NCBI GenBank assembly: GCA_977020255.1 | Contig: CDROCS010000253.1 | Span: 4,526,001-4,590,000 of the forward strand | Direction of reading: 5' to 3' | DNA: 64,000 nt | Source of the DNA: Obrimoposthia wandeli | Lineage: Eukaryota | Shown here: one piece after another, positions 54,241 to 64,000 of the stretch | Position numbering within the stretch: position 1 is the first letter of the stretch | Layout: every line of letters starts with the position of its first letter | Translations under genes and position numbers: made by a program | The notes under the pieces: model-generated | What the model saw: only the letters and a program-made list of their open reading frames with translations | Databases searched by the model: none | What the model was told of the DNA's origin: nothing

Positions 54241-54333
54241 GACTACGACGTACTTTGTGTGATTCGCTCCACCTCGCGGTATTGCAGCACTCTGTATACG
54301 CCATTGTAGCACGTGTGTAGCCCATCCCGTAAG

Positions 54334-54386
<53 letters not shown>

Positions 54387-54427
54387 CTCCTTAGAGTTCC
54401 CGCCATAACGCGCTGGCAAATAAGGAT

Positions 54428-54462
<35 letters not shown>

Positions 54463-54468
54463 TTCACA

Positions 54469-54500
<32 letters not shown>

Positions 54501-54577
54501 CACACAGTTCCCGAAGGCACAAGTCCATCTCTGGTCTCTTCTGTGGATGTCAAGGGATGGTAAGGTTCTTCGCGTTG

Positions 54578-54627
<50 letters not shown>

Positions 54628-54722
54628 ATTTGAGTTTTAACCTTGCGGCCGTACTCCCCAGGCGGTCAACTTAGTGCGTTAGCTGCGCCACTCACGGATC
54701 AAGTCCACAAACGGCTAGTTGA

Positions 54723-54763
<41 letters not shown>

Positions 54764-55174
54764 CGCTCCCCACGCTTTCGTTCCTCAGCGTCAGTATCTG
54801 TCCAGGTGGCCGCCTTCGCCACTGATGTTCCTTCCAATCTCTACGCATTTCACCGCTACACTGGAAATTCCACCACCCTCTACAGTACTCTAGTCTACCA
54901 GTTCAAAATGCAGTTCCAAGGTTGAGCCCTGGGCTTTCACATCTTGCTTAATAGACCGCCTACGAACGCTTTACGCCCAGTAATTCCGATTAACGCTTGC
55001 ACCCCTCGTATTACCGCGGCTGCTGGCACGAAGTTAGCCGGTGCTTCTTCTGTTGTTAACGTCACAGAATGCAGCTATTAACTACACTCCTTTCCTCACA
55101 ACTGAAAGTGCTTTACAACCCGAAGGCCTTCTTCACACACGCGGCATGGCTGCATCAGGCTTTCGCCCATTGTG

Positions 55175-55248
<74 letters not shown>

Positions 55249-55542
55249 AACCAGCTAGAGATCGTCGCCTTGGTGAGCCATTACCTCACCAACTAGCTAA
55301 TCTCACTTGGGCTAATCAAATGGCGAGAGGTTCCGAAGAATCCCCCCCTTTGGTCCGTAGACGTTATGCGGTATTAGCAGTCGTTTCCAACTGTTGTCCC
55401 CCACCATAAGGCATATTCCCAAGCATTACTCACCCGTCCGCCGCTCGTCAGCAGATAGCAAGCTATCTCTGTTACCGCTCGACTTGCATGTGTTAAGCCT
55501 GCCGCCAGCGTTCAATCTGAGCCATGATCAAACTCTTCAATT
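53999..55542 (-). rRNA. rrs: 16S rRNA
   Basis: AGAGTTTGATCATGGCTCAG, GTGCCAGCAGCCGCGGTAA, anti-SD GATCACCTCCTTA; about 1544 nt. Confidence 0.99.
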
Positions 55543-55786
55543 AAAAATCGTTTGTGTAACCTCATCGCAAGCGATGTGTTACTGCTCAATGAATTCTGTC
55601 GTGATACCAATCCACTAATTAAAGTAAAGTGATATCGCATTACATAGTCGCTACCCATCTAACTAAAGATAAATAACTATATTTATTTGCATGAACAGCA
55701 TTCATTAAGCGTTTTTTTGTTCTCCCCGAAAGGAAAACTATGTAAAACAACATAATGTGAGTGCTCACACAAATTGCATGATAACT

Positions 55787-55798
55787 AATTGTTAAAGA
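55787..55798 (-). promoter_or_regulatory. rrn antitermination boxA (leader); second copy in spacer near 53617-53630
   Basis: TTCTTTAACAAT on the minus strand. Confidence 0.75.
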
Positions 55799-55918
55799 AA
55801 ACGTTTGTTACATATAGTAAGTAAACGTAGATGAGAGTCGCATTCGCTCTTCACCTGAACTGAAAACCGTGTGGTTAATCAGTGTTGCTCGTTGCTGTTG
55901 CCCCGAAGCAGGATGCGT

Positions 55919-55946
55919 ATAATACGCTTCCGAGTTTTGATGTCAA
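55919..55946 (-). promoter_or_regulatory. rrn proximal promoter (P2-like)
   Basis: TTGACA-16 nt-TATTAT followed by GC-containing discriminator. Confidence 0.8.
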
Positions 55947-56083
55947 CCTTTATTTTAAAGTATTTCAAGAAACATTTAAAAAAACACGTTAACTTATGTT
56001 ATTTACCATCTAATTGGTTAGATAACATATCAAAACAGTCCTTTGATGATTCATTTTGCGTGAACCCCTTGGAACTGGAGCGC

Positions 56084-56111
56084 ATTGTAAAGAGTTCTTG
56101 GTGTAGCACAA
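56084..56111 (-). promoter_or_regulatory. rrn distal promoter (P1-like)
   Basis: TTGTGC-16 nt-TACAAT-GCGCTCC, with AT-rich upstream element. Confidence 0.7.
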
Positions 56112-56352
56112 GCACTATTTTCACTTATTGGTTTGTTTGCATAAAAAAAGAGCGTTCCTATTGTAATTAGTAGTGCATTCGTAATGTGTCAGATTTCTTT
56201 ACAATAAATTAACAAGATATAAACAAACATACCCAACCTAACACCGACCTACATTAGTCCATACAATACAACAACTTAAATATTTATTTTGTTTGTATTA
56301 ATTAAAAAACAACATTGATAATGATTATTTTTGCTCATATTTCATAAATTTA

Positions 56353-56369
56353 TGTAAAAAAGTTTTACA
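56353..56369. promoter_or_regulatory. TGT-N11-ACA enhancer-like palindrome upstream of S8 protease
   Basis: TGTAAAAAAGTTTTACA. Confidence 0.55.
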
Positions 56370-56454
56370 TACCTTACTGTATTTATTAATGAAAAATTCT
56401 TTGTACACTCATCAATACCGCCACACAGCTTAAAAGTTAACATTTTTGCAACAA

Positions 56455-56470
56455 AGGCATTATTATTGCT
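56455..56470 (+). promoter_or_regulatory. sigma54 (-24/-12) promoter candidate for S8 protease
   Basis: AGGCATTATTATTGCT: GG-N10-GC with GGCA and TTGCT. Confidence 0.55.
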
Positions 56471-56573
56471 TACAATATCTTACTCGCTATTTTTCATTGA
56501 AGTTTATCAATGAAGATAAAGAAAGTGTAATAAATATACACAGCGACGATATAATAATAAAACGGAGATAAAC

Positions 56574-59500
56574 ATGCATTTTAAGAAATCCTTAGTAGGG
56601 AGCTTGATTACTTTAGCAATCACAGCCGCTGCTAGCACGACTGTTGTTGCCAACGAAGTTTCAGGTGATATCAGTAAATTCAAGTCAGTAGGAAATGAAG
56701 TTACTACTAAACAAAAAGCAACTAGCTATATTGTTCAACTTAAAGGCAAAACAGCAATTGCTCAAGCTCAAGATATCGGTGAGCTTTTACCTACCAACCA
56801 ATTAGTTGCTAATACAGGCAACCGTTATAACGCTTATACTCCTGCAATGAAGGCTTATACAAAAGCGCTTGAAAATAAGCAGAAGCAAGTTGCAGGTACT
56901 ATTGATTCGATCAATATTTTGCATTCATTTATGCATACTTATAATGGTTTTACTGCCAAATTAAATGCCAAACAAAAGGCCCAGTTAGAATCACACCCAG
57001 ATGTTATAGGTGTGTGGGAAGATAGATTAGAAGTTGTTAACACTGCTAACACTCCTCAATACCTTGGTTTAACAGGTGCTGGCGGACAACATACAATGAA
57101 CATTAAAGGTGAAGGCGTCATTATCGGTATTATCGATACTGGCGTTTGGCCTGAAAACCCTAGCTTTGCTGACGATGGTTCTTATTCAGATCCAGCTGAC
57201 CTAGGTTGGTTGGGTACTTGTGATACTGGTACTGATGCTGAATTTGCCTGTAATAATAAATTAATTGGTGCGCGCTATTTTGGTGATAGTTTTAGTGCAA
57301 CATATGATATTCAATATGCTTTAGGAGAGTTTGAATCTCCACGTGATGCTGATGGACACGGTAGCCACACTGCGAGTACAGCTGGTGGTAATCAAGATGT
57401 TGCCGCTATGCTTTCTGGTACGCCTGCAGGAATAGTTTCTGGCATGGCACCACGTGCGCGTATTGCTGCTTATAAAGTTTGTTGGAACAGCGACTATGTA
57501 AGCCCTGAAGGTAATAAAGAACGTGGTTGTTTTGGTGGAGATACCATGGCAGCAATAGACGCTGCGGTTATTGATGGTGTTGATGTACTTAACTATTCAA
57601 TCGGTGGTAGCAAAACAGACCTAACAGTGCCAGCGACAGTAGCCATGTTAAATGCAACGGCTGCTGGTGTATTCGTTGCTGTTTCTGCAGGTAACAGTGG
57701 TCCAGATATAGAAACTGTTGGCACACCTGCTCCTTGGGTAACAAGTGTAGCAGCATCTACTTATGATGGTATTTCAACTATTGTTGGTAAAGCGCTTGAG
57801 ATTACTACTGGCTCTTTAGCTGGCACTTCACTTATGTCAGTTCCTGCTGGATTTTCTCCAGCGACGGTAGGTCTTGCTGGTGAACTTGCTTTAGCAGAAC
57901 CCGTTGTAGCGTGTAATGATACACCATTAACTAACGGCGCTGATTTAGACGGTAAAATTGCTCTTATTGCCCGTGGCTCTTGTGCTTTCACTGAGAAGTT
58001 TCTTAATGCACAAAATGCTGGTGCAATTGGTGTAGTGCTTTATACAACTGAAGGTACTTCACCATTTTCTATGGGCGGTACTGATCCTGCGGTAACTATT
58101 ACTGGTTCAATGGTATCTTTTACTGATGGACAATCATTAGCAGCAAGTATTGCCGCTGACAGTACATCGGTAATATTTACTGACAACGCATCTTCTGGTG
58201 AAGCTATAGAAGTAGGCGGTACTATGGCATCGTTCTCATCGCGTGGTCCAAATTTAAACACTTACGATATTATCAAACCTGATATTACCGCTCCTGGTGT
58301 TAAAATCTTAGCGGCAACAACTTCTGCACCAATGTTTGGCACTGCAGGTGAAACATTCAAGTATCTACAAGGTACTTCAATGTCTAGCCCACACATTGCC
58401 GGTTTAGCTGCATTATTTAAAGAATCAAACAGCTCGTGGTCACCAGCGCAAATTAAATCAGCGATGATGACAACTGCTCGTCAAAACTTAACTAAAGAAG
58501 ATGGTACTACACAAGCAGACCCATATGATTTTGGTTCTGGTCATGTAGCTCCTGTTGCTGCTTTAGATCCAGGTCTATTATTTGATACTAACCTTGCTGA
58601 TTACTTAGCATTCCTTTGTGGCCAAGACAAAGATGCTCTTGTTTCTGGTTATGAGACTACATGTGCTGAGTTAACAACTTCTGGTTTCAGTACTGATGCT
58701 AGTCAATTAAACCTACCTTCAATTGCTATTGCTGAGTTACTTGAGCCTGAAACAATTTTCAGAACAGTTTCTAATGCAACTCCTATTGCTTCATCTTACA
58801 CTGCAACAATTGAAGCACCTGTTGGTTTTGACGTTAGTGTACAAACTTTTGATGCTAATGGAGATGAAACACCTGCTGCAACATTAGATGTAGCTGCAGA
58901 AGGCGGAAAAGCTAGCTTTGCAATTACTTTTAGCCAAACTGAAACAACTGAACTGGAAGCTTGGAAGTTTGGTGCTATTACGTGGACAGACAGTGCTGGT
59001 CACTCAGTACGTTTACCTTTAGCAATCAAAGCAATACCAACCGTTAAGATTGAAGTGCCTGAACTAATTTCAAGTGATCTTAAACGTGGACGTTTCCGCT
59101 TCCCGGTTAAAATGCTTTACTCTGGTAGAACAAGTATTGAACATACTGGTTTAGTTGCTCCATTTGGTACTGCAGGTACTGTAGAGCAAGACCCTGATGC
59201 TGACTTTAGCTTTAACGAAGACGGTTTGGGTACGCACTTCTTCCATATTCCTGATGGTACAAAAGTAGCACGCTTTAGTCTACGTGATAATACTGTAGGC
59301 GATGGTTCAGCTGCTGCTGATTTAGATCTGTACGTATATCGTTGTGATAAATGGTCATGTAACCGAGTTGGTTCTTCTTTAAATGCTGCTTCTAATGAAG
59401 ATGTTATTTTAACTAACCCTGAAGGTCGTAGTAATTCTGATGTAGGTGACGTTTACTTAGTTTGGGTACATGGTTACAACACCGCTGGTGTAAGCCCTCT

Positions 59501-59708
59501 AGATTATACCATGATAGGCTGGATTGCAGATCAAGCTGAAAGGTCTACGCGTGTAATTTCAAGCCGAAGAGCAATTAAAGGTCGTTTTAACTACACAAGT
59601 ATATTAACTCGTGGTTTACCAACGGGTGTTACTTATATGGGTGGTGTAACTTACTTCAATGCTGAAGGTGAAGCTGAAGGTACTACAGTACTTGAGTTAA
59701 AAAACTAG
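56574..59708 (+). CDS. Secreted S8 subtilase, plant (cucumisin)-type architecture: signal, I9 propeptide, S8 with PA insert, Fn3-like and C-terminal beta domains
   Basis: Triad IIDTG / DGHGSHTAST / GTSMSSPH; CNNKLIGARYF; LIARGSCAFTEK (PA); LNLPSIAI. Confidence 0.93.
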   Translation: MHFKKSLVGSLITLAITAAASTTVVANEVSGDISKFKSVGNEVTTKQKATSYIVQLKGKTAIAQAQDIGELLPTNQLVANTGNRYNAYTPAMKAYTKALENKQKQVAGTIDSINILHSFMHTYNGFTAKLNAKQKAQLESHPDVIGVWEDRLEVVNTANTPQYLGLTGAGGQHTMNIKGEGVIIGIIDTGVWPENPSFADDGSYSDPADLGWLGTCDTGTDAEFACNNKLIGARYFGDSFSATYDIQYALGEFESPRDADGHGSHTASTAGGNQDVAAMLSGTPAGIVSGMAPRARIAAYKVCWNSDYVSPEGNKERGCFGGDTMAAIDAAVIDGVDVLNYSIGGSKTDLTVPATVAMLNATAAGVFVAVSAGNSGPDIETVGTPAPWVTSVAASTYDGISTIVGKALEITTGSLAGTSLMSVPAGFSPATVGLAGELALAEPVVACNDTPLTNGADLDGKIALIARGSCAFTEKFLNAQNAGAIGVVLYTTEGTSPFSMGGTDPAVTITGSMVSFTDGQSLAASIAADSTSVIFTDNASSGEAIEVGGTMASFSSRGPNLNTYDIIKPDITAPGVKILAATTSAPMFGTAGETFKYLQGTSMSSPHIAGLAALFKESNSSWSPAQIKSAMMTTARQNLTKEDGTTQADPYDFGSGHVAPVAALDPGLLFDTNLADYLAFLCGQDKDALVSGYETTCAELTTSGFSTDASQLNLPSIAIAELLEPETIFRTVSNATPIASSYTATIEAPVGFDVSVQTFDANGDETPAATLDVAAEGGKASFAITFSQTETTELEAWKFGAITWTDSAGHSVRLPLAIKAIPTVKIEVPELISSDLKRGRFRFPVKMLYSGRTSIEHTGLVAPFGTAGTVEQDPDADFSFNEDGLGTHFFHIPDGTKVARFSLRDNTVGDGSAAADLDLYVYRCDKWSCNRVGSSLNAASNEDVILTNPEGRSNSDVGDVYLVWVHGYNTAGVSPLDYTMIGWIADQAERSTRVISSRRAIKGRFNYTSILTRGLPTGVTYMGGVTYFNAEGEAEGTTVLELKN

Positions 59709-59763
59709 TTAAACCTAAGATTAAAGGCTAACTCGCTAATTTAGTGAATTAACTAAGTAATAT

Positions 59764-59801
59764 AAAAAAACCCTCTTAAAGATAATTTAAGAGGGTTTTT
59801 T
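59764..59801. terminator. Terminator after S8 protease
   Basis: AAAAAAACCCTCTTAAA...TTTAAGAGGGTTTTTT. Confidence 0.85.
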
Positions 59802-60336
59802 ATTGCCCTCCATATCTCAACCGGTTTATTATCTTTAATTGCTATAAAGCTTATCCTGTTAGTCCTATACTCCTCTTACTCTTGAAAATAACCCAAGTAA
59901 ATAGTTTTAAGCAAACCTTATCAATAATACCTTCACTAACTCTGCAGATAGCATTAAGCAAGTACAATTCAAATGTACCAATTAATAACTAAGGTATTTA
60001 TACTCGCTGCCATTCAAAGAGTAGTAACTGCACCTTGTTGGTAACGGGTATTCGCTCCAATAAAATGGATTAGTAATGACTTAAGCTAATACTAAAATAT
60101 TCACCATATTATCAAGTATCTAACTTTACGCTGTTAACTAGCTTAAAATTAGCTCGGATAAGTAAGGCAAGACACTAATATAAAGTAAAGTAATGTTGAA
60201 TTACTTATGCGGTTTAGCTTAATGATATTTTGAAGTAACGTTTATTATAGTGAGAGGATTTAATAAATAATTGATTGAAGGGGATGTAACTGGAGACATT
60301 AGCGCCTATTGTGCTAAGAAAGTAAATAACAGACAT

Positions 60337-60366
60337 AAAAAAGGCCTTACCGAAGTAAAGCCTTTT
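60337..60366 (-). terminator. Terminator after PEP-CTERM gene
   Basis: AAAAAAGGC-CTTAC-cgaa-GTAAA-GCCTTTT. Confidence 0.7.
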
Positions 60367-60429
60367 GTACTATTTTAATAACTTACCCAATAAGTATGAA
60401 TAGCTATTTAAAAATAATATTTTATAAAA

Positions 60430-60963
60430 TTAGCTATTTTTACGACGTGCAGCCAAACCAGCAATAGCAGTTAAAAACAATACTAATGTAGCAGGAGTAG
60501 GAACAACCGTAGCGGCACCAAAAGCTAGCGTTCCAGCATTTAGTGGACTTGCATTAGCAATATCGAATAGAGAAAATGAAGCGCTAGCGCCTGGATCATA
60601 ACTATCGATGAAACCAGCGAAGCTAAGACTTCCAAATACGGTCACATCAAAATCAAATGACTCAATGCCTGCAGCAAGATTAGTAGAATCAACTATCGCT
60701 GTGAATATATTCCAATTTGCATCATATGCATCAACTGCATAGCCAAAAAATGTAAATGACTCCCAAGTGCCCTCTACATAGCCAAATTCATCCATAGTGT
60801 CTAAATTAATGGTTAAATTACCAATAACTTCATACTCATCAACCGCATCACCCATAGTATCAAAAAGAATATCTTGGCTGATTAACGTTGCATTCGCTGC
60901 ACCAGTAAAACTTAACGCTAAAGAGATTGACAAAAAAGCGCGTAAAATTAATTTATTTAACAT
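60430..60963 (-). CDS. PEP-CTERM-type exosortase target protein
   Basis: Signal peptide (ANA/TLI); C-terminal VPTPAT + hydrophobic helix + RRKNS. Confidence 0.85.
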   Translation of the reverse strand: MLNKLILRAFLSISLALSFTGAANATLISQDILFDTMGDAVDEYEVIGNLTINLDTMDEFGYVEGTWESFTFFGYAVDAYDANWNIFTAIVDSTNLAAGIESFDFDVTVFGSLSFAGFIDSYDPGASASFSLFDIANASPLNAGTLAFGAATVVPTPATLVLFLTAIAGLAARRKNS

Positions 60964-61073
60964 GTTACTTCCTATTTTATAATATTGCTGTTTTATTTTT
61001 ATAGTATTAATAACGGCATTACTTAAAAGTAATTAACGACTTCATAAGTCCTTGCCGACATTACGTTGAATAA

Positions 61074-61089
61074 AGCAATAATCGAGCCC
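61074..61089 (-). promoter_or_regulatory. sigma54 promoter candidate for PEP-CTERM gene
   Basis: Minus strand GGGCTCGATTATTGCT: GG-N10-GC. Confidence 0.6.
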
Positions 61090-61171
61090 AAATAATTTTA
61101 ACCATTAATTACATGAACTTACCACTGGCATAACAATAAAATTACACTAAATTAACATAACCTGTTAATAG

Positions 61172-61188
61172 TGTAAAAAAAACCGACA
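61172..61188. promoter_or_regulatory. TGT-N11-ACA enhancer-like site (PEP-CTERM box-like)
   Basis: TGTAAAAAAAACCGACA, 83 nt upstream of the sigma54 site. Confidence 0.55.
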
Positions 61189-61649
61189 CTTTGCTAAATA
61201 AGCCAATAATATTAAGTATTTGTTATTAGATTGATAGTTTTTTAGCTTCTTGGCATAAAATAAAGCTATAGTTATTTATAGCCAAGCCACTCCAAAATAC
61301 TTGTTCTGGATTACGGAGTAATTAATAAGCAAGGCGTATCTATTTCTTAAGAGTCATTCCCTTAAAAAAATAGATGCTACATAGAGCATCACTTACTCAG
61401 TAATCCCTAAACATTTGGTTTAGAAAGTTTTATGATGCATTATTGATTTTGGTAAGGACGCGATATGAATGTAGTTTATTAGAGAATTCAGGATCATATT
61501 TTCCTGAATAACTATTATCTTCAAACCACGTATTTTCTAAAACGCTTCTAATCCAAACTTAATCATGCTGTTTGAGGTGGTTTTGGTATATAGCCTACAT
61601 GGCTCGGTATATTAGCAATGGTATACATAAGTTATCAATAAGGTTTTTT

Positions 61650-62144
61650 ATGAGCAAAAAAAAATTATCTTTCACTGCCGCACTATTAACTACTTTGCTA
61701 CTCACCTCATCCGTTATTAACTGTATAAATGCAAAAGAAATAGCCATTTATCGCTGGGTTGATAAAAATGACATCGTACATTTTAGCCAAAACCTTCCTA
61801 AAAATGATGAATATAAAGATTTTAGCACCATTTCATCTTACAAGGCGTTATCCAAAGCAGAAAGAAAGGTTATTGCTGAACAGAATAAAGCTGTACAAAA
61901 AGTTGTAGATCAAGAAAAGCAGCAAGATGAAGTTATCGCTAAAAATAAAGCTACCTTTGAGAAAAACTGTAAAGCAGCTCGACTTAATATTAAAATGTTA
62001 AACTCGTTAGATGAAATACATATTAGTGAAGAGAAGAGTGACGGCACTATAGGTAGCCGTCCATTAACTTTTACTGAAAAAGCAGAAAAGTTGGCCTTAA
62101 GTAAAAAACACGAAAACCTTTACTGTAATAAAGACGACAACTAA
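61650..62144 (+). CDS. DUF4124-like secreted protein
   Basis: Signal peptide, then IYRWVDKNDIVHFSQNLP motif and a coiled coil with two Cys; start moved to ATG 61650 (AAGG RBS). Confidence 0.8.
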   Translation: MSKKKLSFTAALLTTLLLTSSVINCINAKEIAIYRWVDKNDIVHFSQNLPKNDEYKDFSTISSYKALSKAERKVIAEQNKAVQKVVDQEKQQDEVIAKNKATFEKNCKAARLNIKMLNSLDEIHISEEKSDGTIGSRPLTFTEKAEKLALSKKHENLYCNKDDN

Positions 62145-62149
62145 ATTAA

Positions 62150-62181
62150 CTTAGCCCTACAGGCAACACTAGTAGGGCTAA
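62150..62181. terminator. Hairpin between convergent DUF4124-like gene and clpB
   Basis: CTTAGCCCTACAG-gcaaca-CTGTAGGGCTAAG, perfect 13-bp stem. Confidence 0.75.
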
Positions 62182-62223
62182 GTAACATTACGACTTACTT
62201 TCTTCTCCAAATTATCCACAAGA

Positions 62224-64000
62224 TTATTTGGAAGAAAAGACTAATTCCCCCTCAACAACTCCCACTGCAATTGTACTACCCTTAGTAAATTCATTACCTA
62301 GTATCTTTTGGGCTAAGGGATTTTCAACACCTTGCTGAATTGCACGTTTTAAAGGTCTTGCGCCAAATATTGGGTCAAAGCCGGCGGTAGAAATTAGTGA
62401 AAGTGCCTCTTCATTGATAACTAAATTTAGCTCTTGCTCGATTAGTCGAGCTGTTAAGGCCTTAATTTGTATTTTGGCTATTTGCTTAATTTGTTCGGCT
62501 ACCAGCGGATGGAAAACCACCGATTCATCAACACGATTAATAAACTCAGGCTTAAAGTGCTGGCCTAATATATTCATTACTTGCGCTTTCATCTGTTGAT
62601 ACTCACTATCGCCCGCAAACTCTTGAATAATATCAGAGCCAATATTTGAGGTCATGATAATAACGGTGTTTTTGAAGTCAACTGTTCGGCCTTGCCCATC
62701 AGTTAATCTGCCATCATCAAGCACTTGCAGCAATATATTAAATACATCAGGGTGAGCCTTTTCTATTTCATCGAGCAATATTACTGAGTAAGGCTTTCTG
62801 CGTACCGCTTCGGTTAAATAACCGCCCTCTTCGTAACCAACATAACCAGGAGGTGCGCCCACTAAACGTGCGACTGAATGTTTCTCCATAAACTCTGACA
62901 TATCAACACGAATTAATGCATCTTGTGAGTCAAATAAAAACTCTGCAAGTGCTTTAGTTAATTCAGTTTTACCCACGCCCGTTGGCCCAAGAAATAAAAA
63001 TGAACCTATTGGCTGATTTGGATCACTCAAACCTGCACGGGAGCGTCTAATAGCGTTCGATACTGAGGTTACGGCTTCATGTTGACCAATAACATTTTGG
63101 TGTAAGTAATCTTCCATATGCAGTAGCTTATCACGCTCTTGCTCCAACATTTTAGCAACAGGGATCCCGGTAGCACGACTAAGCACATCAGCGATTTCCA
63201 CCTCGGTAACTTTATTCGCTAATAAGGTCATTTCTTGCATTTCAGCTTGGCTAGCTAGGTCTAATTGCTTTTCTAGCTCTGGTATTCTTCCGTACTGTAA
63301 CTCAGACATGCGATTTAAATCGCCTGTTCTTCTTGCCGCTTCAAGCTCAATTCGCGCTTGTTCAAGCTCTTCTTTTATCGTATGGGCACCATAAAGCGCT
63401 GCTTTTTCAGTGGTCCAAACTTCATCTAACTCATCATATTTTTTCTGCTTTTCAGAAATCTGTTTGGAAATAATTGCCAAGCGTTTGAGGGTAGCCTCAT
63501 CCTCATCTTTTTCTAGCGCTCTTTGCTCAAGCTTTAATTGAATTAATCGTCGTTCAAGTCTATCTAAATCTTCTGGCTTAGAGTCCATTTGCAAACGAAT
63601 GCTTGAGGCCGCCTCATCAATAAGGTCAATGGCTTTATCCGGTAATTGTCTGTCACTAATATAGCGATGGGATAATGTTGCTGCTGCCACAATAGCTGGA
63701 TCGGTGATATTTACCGAATGATGCAATTCATAGCGCTCTTTTAAACCACGCAAAATTGCAATGGTATCTTCCACACTTGGCTCTTCTACCAATACTTTTT
63801 GAAAACGTCGCTCAAGTGCCGCATCTTTTTCAATGTATTTTCGATATTCATCCAGTGTAGTTGCACCCACGCAATGTAAATCACCGCGGGCTAATGCTGG
63901 TTTTAACATATTCCCCGCATCCATGGCACCATCTGACTTACCCGCACCGACCATAGTATGCAATTCATCAATAAAGAGAATGACTTGCCCTTCTTCTTTT
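62224..64000 (-). CDS. clpB: ClpB disaggregase, C-terminal about two-thirds (5' end outside window)
   Basis: [14 protein letters not shown]-domain coiled coil ([11 protein letters not shown]), [25 protein letters not shown]. Confidence 0.97.
   Translation of the reverse strand, partial: KEEGQVILFIDELHTMVGAGKSDGAMDAGNMLKPALARGDLHCVGATTLDEYRKYIEKDAALERRFQKVLVEEPSVEDTIAILRGLKERYELHHSVNITDPAIVAAATLSHRYISDRQLPDKAIDLIDEAASSIRLQMDSKPEDLDRLERRLIQLKLEQRALEKDEDEATLKRLAIISKQISEKQKKYDELDEVWTTEKAALYGAHTIKEELEQARIELEAARRTGDLNRMSELQYGRIPELEKQLDLASQAEMQEMTLLANKVTEVEIADVLSRATGIPVAKMLEQERDKLLHMEDYLHQNVIGQHEAVTSVSNAIRRSRAGLSDPNQPIGSFLFLGPTGVGKTELTKALAEFLFDSQDALIRVDMSEFMEKHSVARLVGAPPGYVGYEEGGYLTEAVRRKPYSVILLDEIEKAHPDVFNILLQVLDDGRLTDGQGRTVDFKNTVIIMTSNIGSDIIQEFAGDSEYQQMKAQVMNILGQHFKPEFINRVDESVVFHPLVAEQIKQIAKIQIKALTARLIEQELNLVINEEALSLISTAGFDPIFGARPLKRAIQQGVENPLAQKILGNEFTKGSTIAVGVVEGELVFSSK

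Noticed and set aside
50162-55618. Short ORFs listed inside 5S/23S/16S rRNA (for example 50810-51007, 52798-53055, 54101-54406, 54243-54503)
   Set aside because: They lie within rRNA genes; these are the usual spurious rRNA ORFs.
56317-56335. Fur-box-like GATAATGATTATTTTTGCT upstream of the protease
   Set aside because: Only 13/19 match with a poor right half, in very AT-rich DNA.
59810-60330. 500-nt gap between the convergent protease and PEP-CTERM genes as a possible pseudogene or sRNA
   Set aside because: No ORF remnant, repeat or promoter-terminator pair recognisable.

Overview
A 64-kb AT-rich chromosomal segment from a marine gammaproteobacterium. The 16S sequence and gene content look Colwellia-like (Alteromonadales), which is an inference. 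Core genes: tkt-epd-pgk-fba, ettA, yoaA, a complete his operon (hisG-D-C-B-H-A-F-IE) with an unlisted His5 leader peptide and attenuator, adk, htpG, a minus-strand rRNA operon (16S, tRNA-Ala only, 23S, 5S) and the 3' part of clpB. Accessory blocks: (i) 1-9.7 kb, a LysR-centred catabolic cluster with a BCCT transporter, an atypical M19 amidohydrolase, a KGSA-dehydrogenase-like ALDH, RidA, a 569-aa protein of no recognisable family, a degenerate Ldh_2-like protein and a 60-aa small ORF. This is the best candidate for an undescribed pathway (catabolism of an unknown betaine or sulfonium osmolyte). (ii) A CHASE sensor whose phospho-His is lost. (iii) An orphan secreted protein beside an internally deleted IS256 relic. 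(iv) A DesK/DesR-like two-component system with a DUF2141-like gene and a MacAB-type ABC operon sharing one palindromic operator, interrupted by a solitary Mrr-like nuclease. (v) A plant-type S8 protease and a PEP-CTERM protein that share a sigma54 promoter plus TGT-N11-ACA enhancer layout. Several start codons were reassigned from the ORF track using ribosome-binding sites. All family names come from motif recognition, not database searches.
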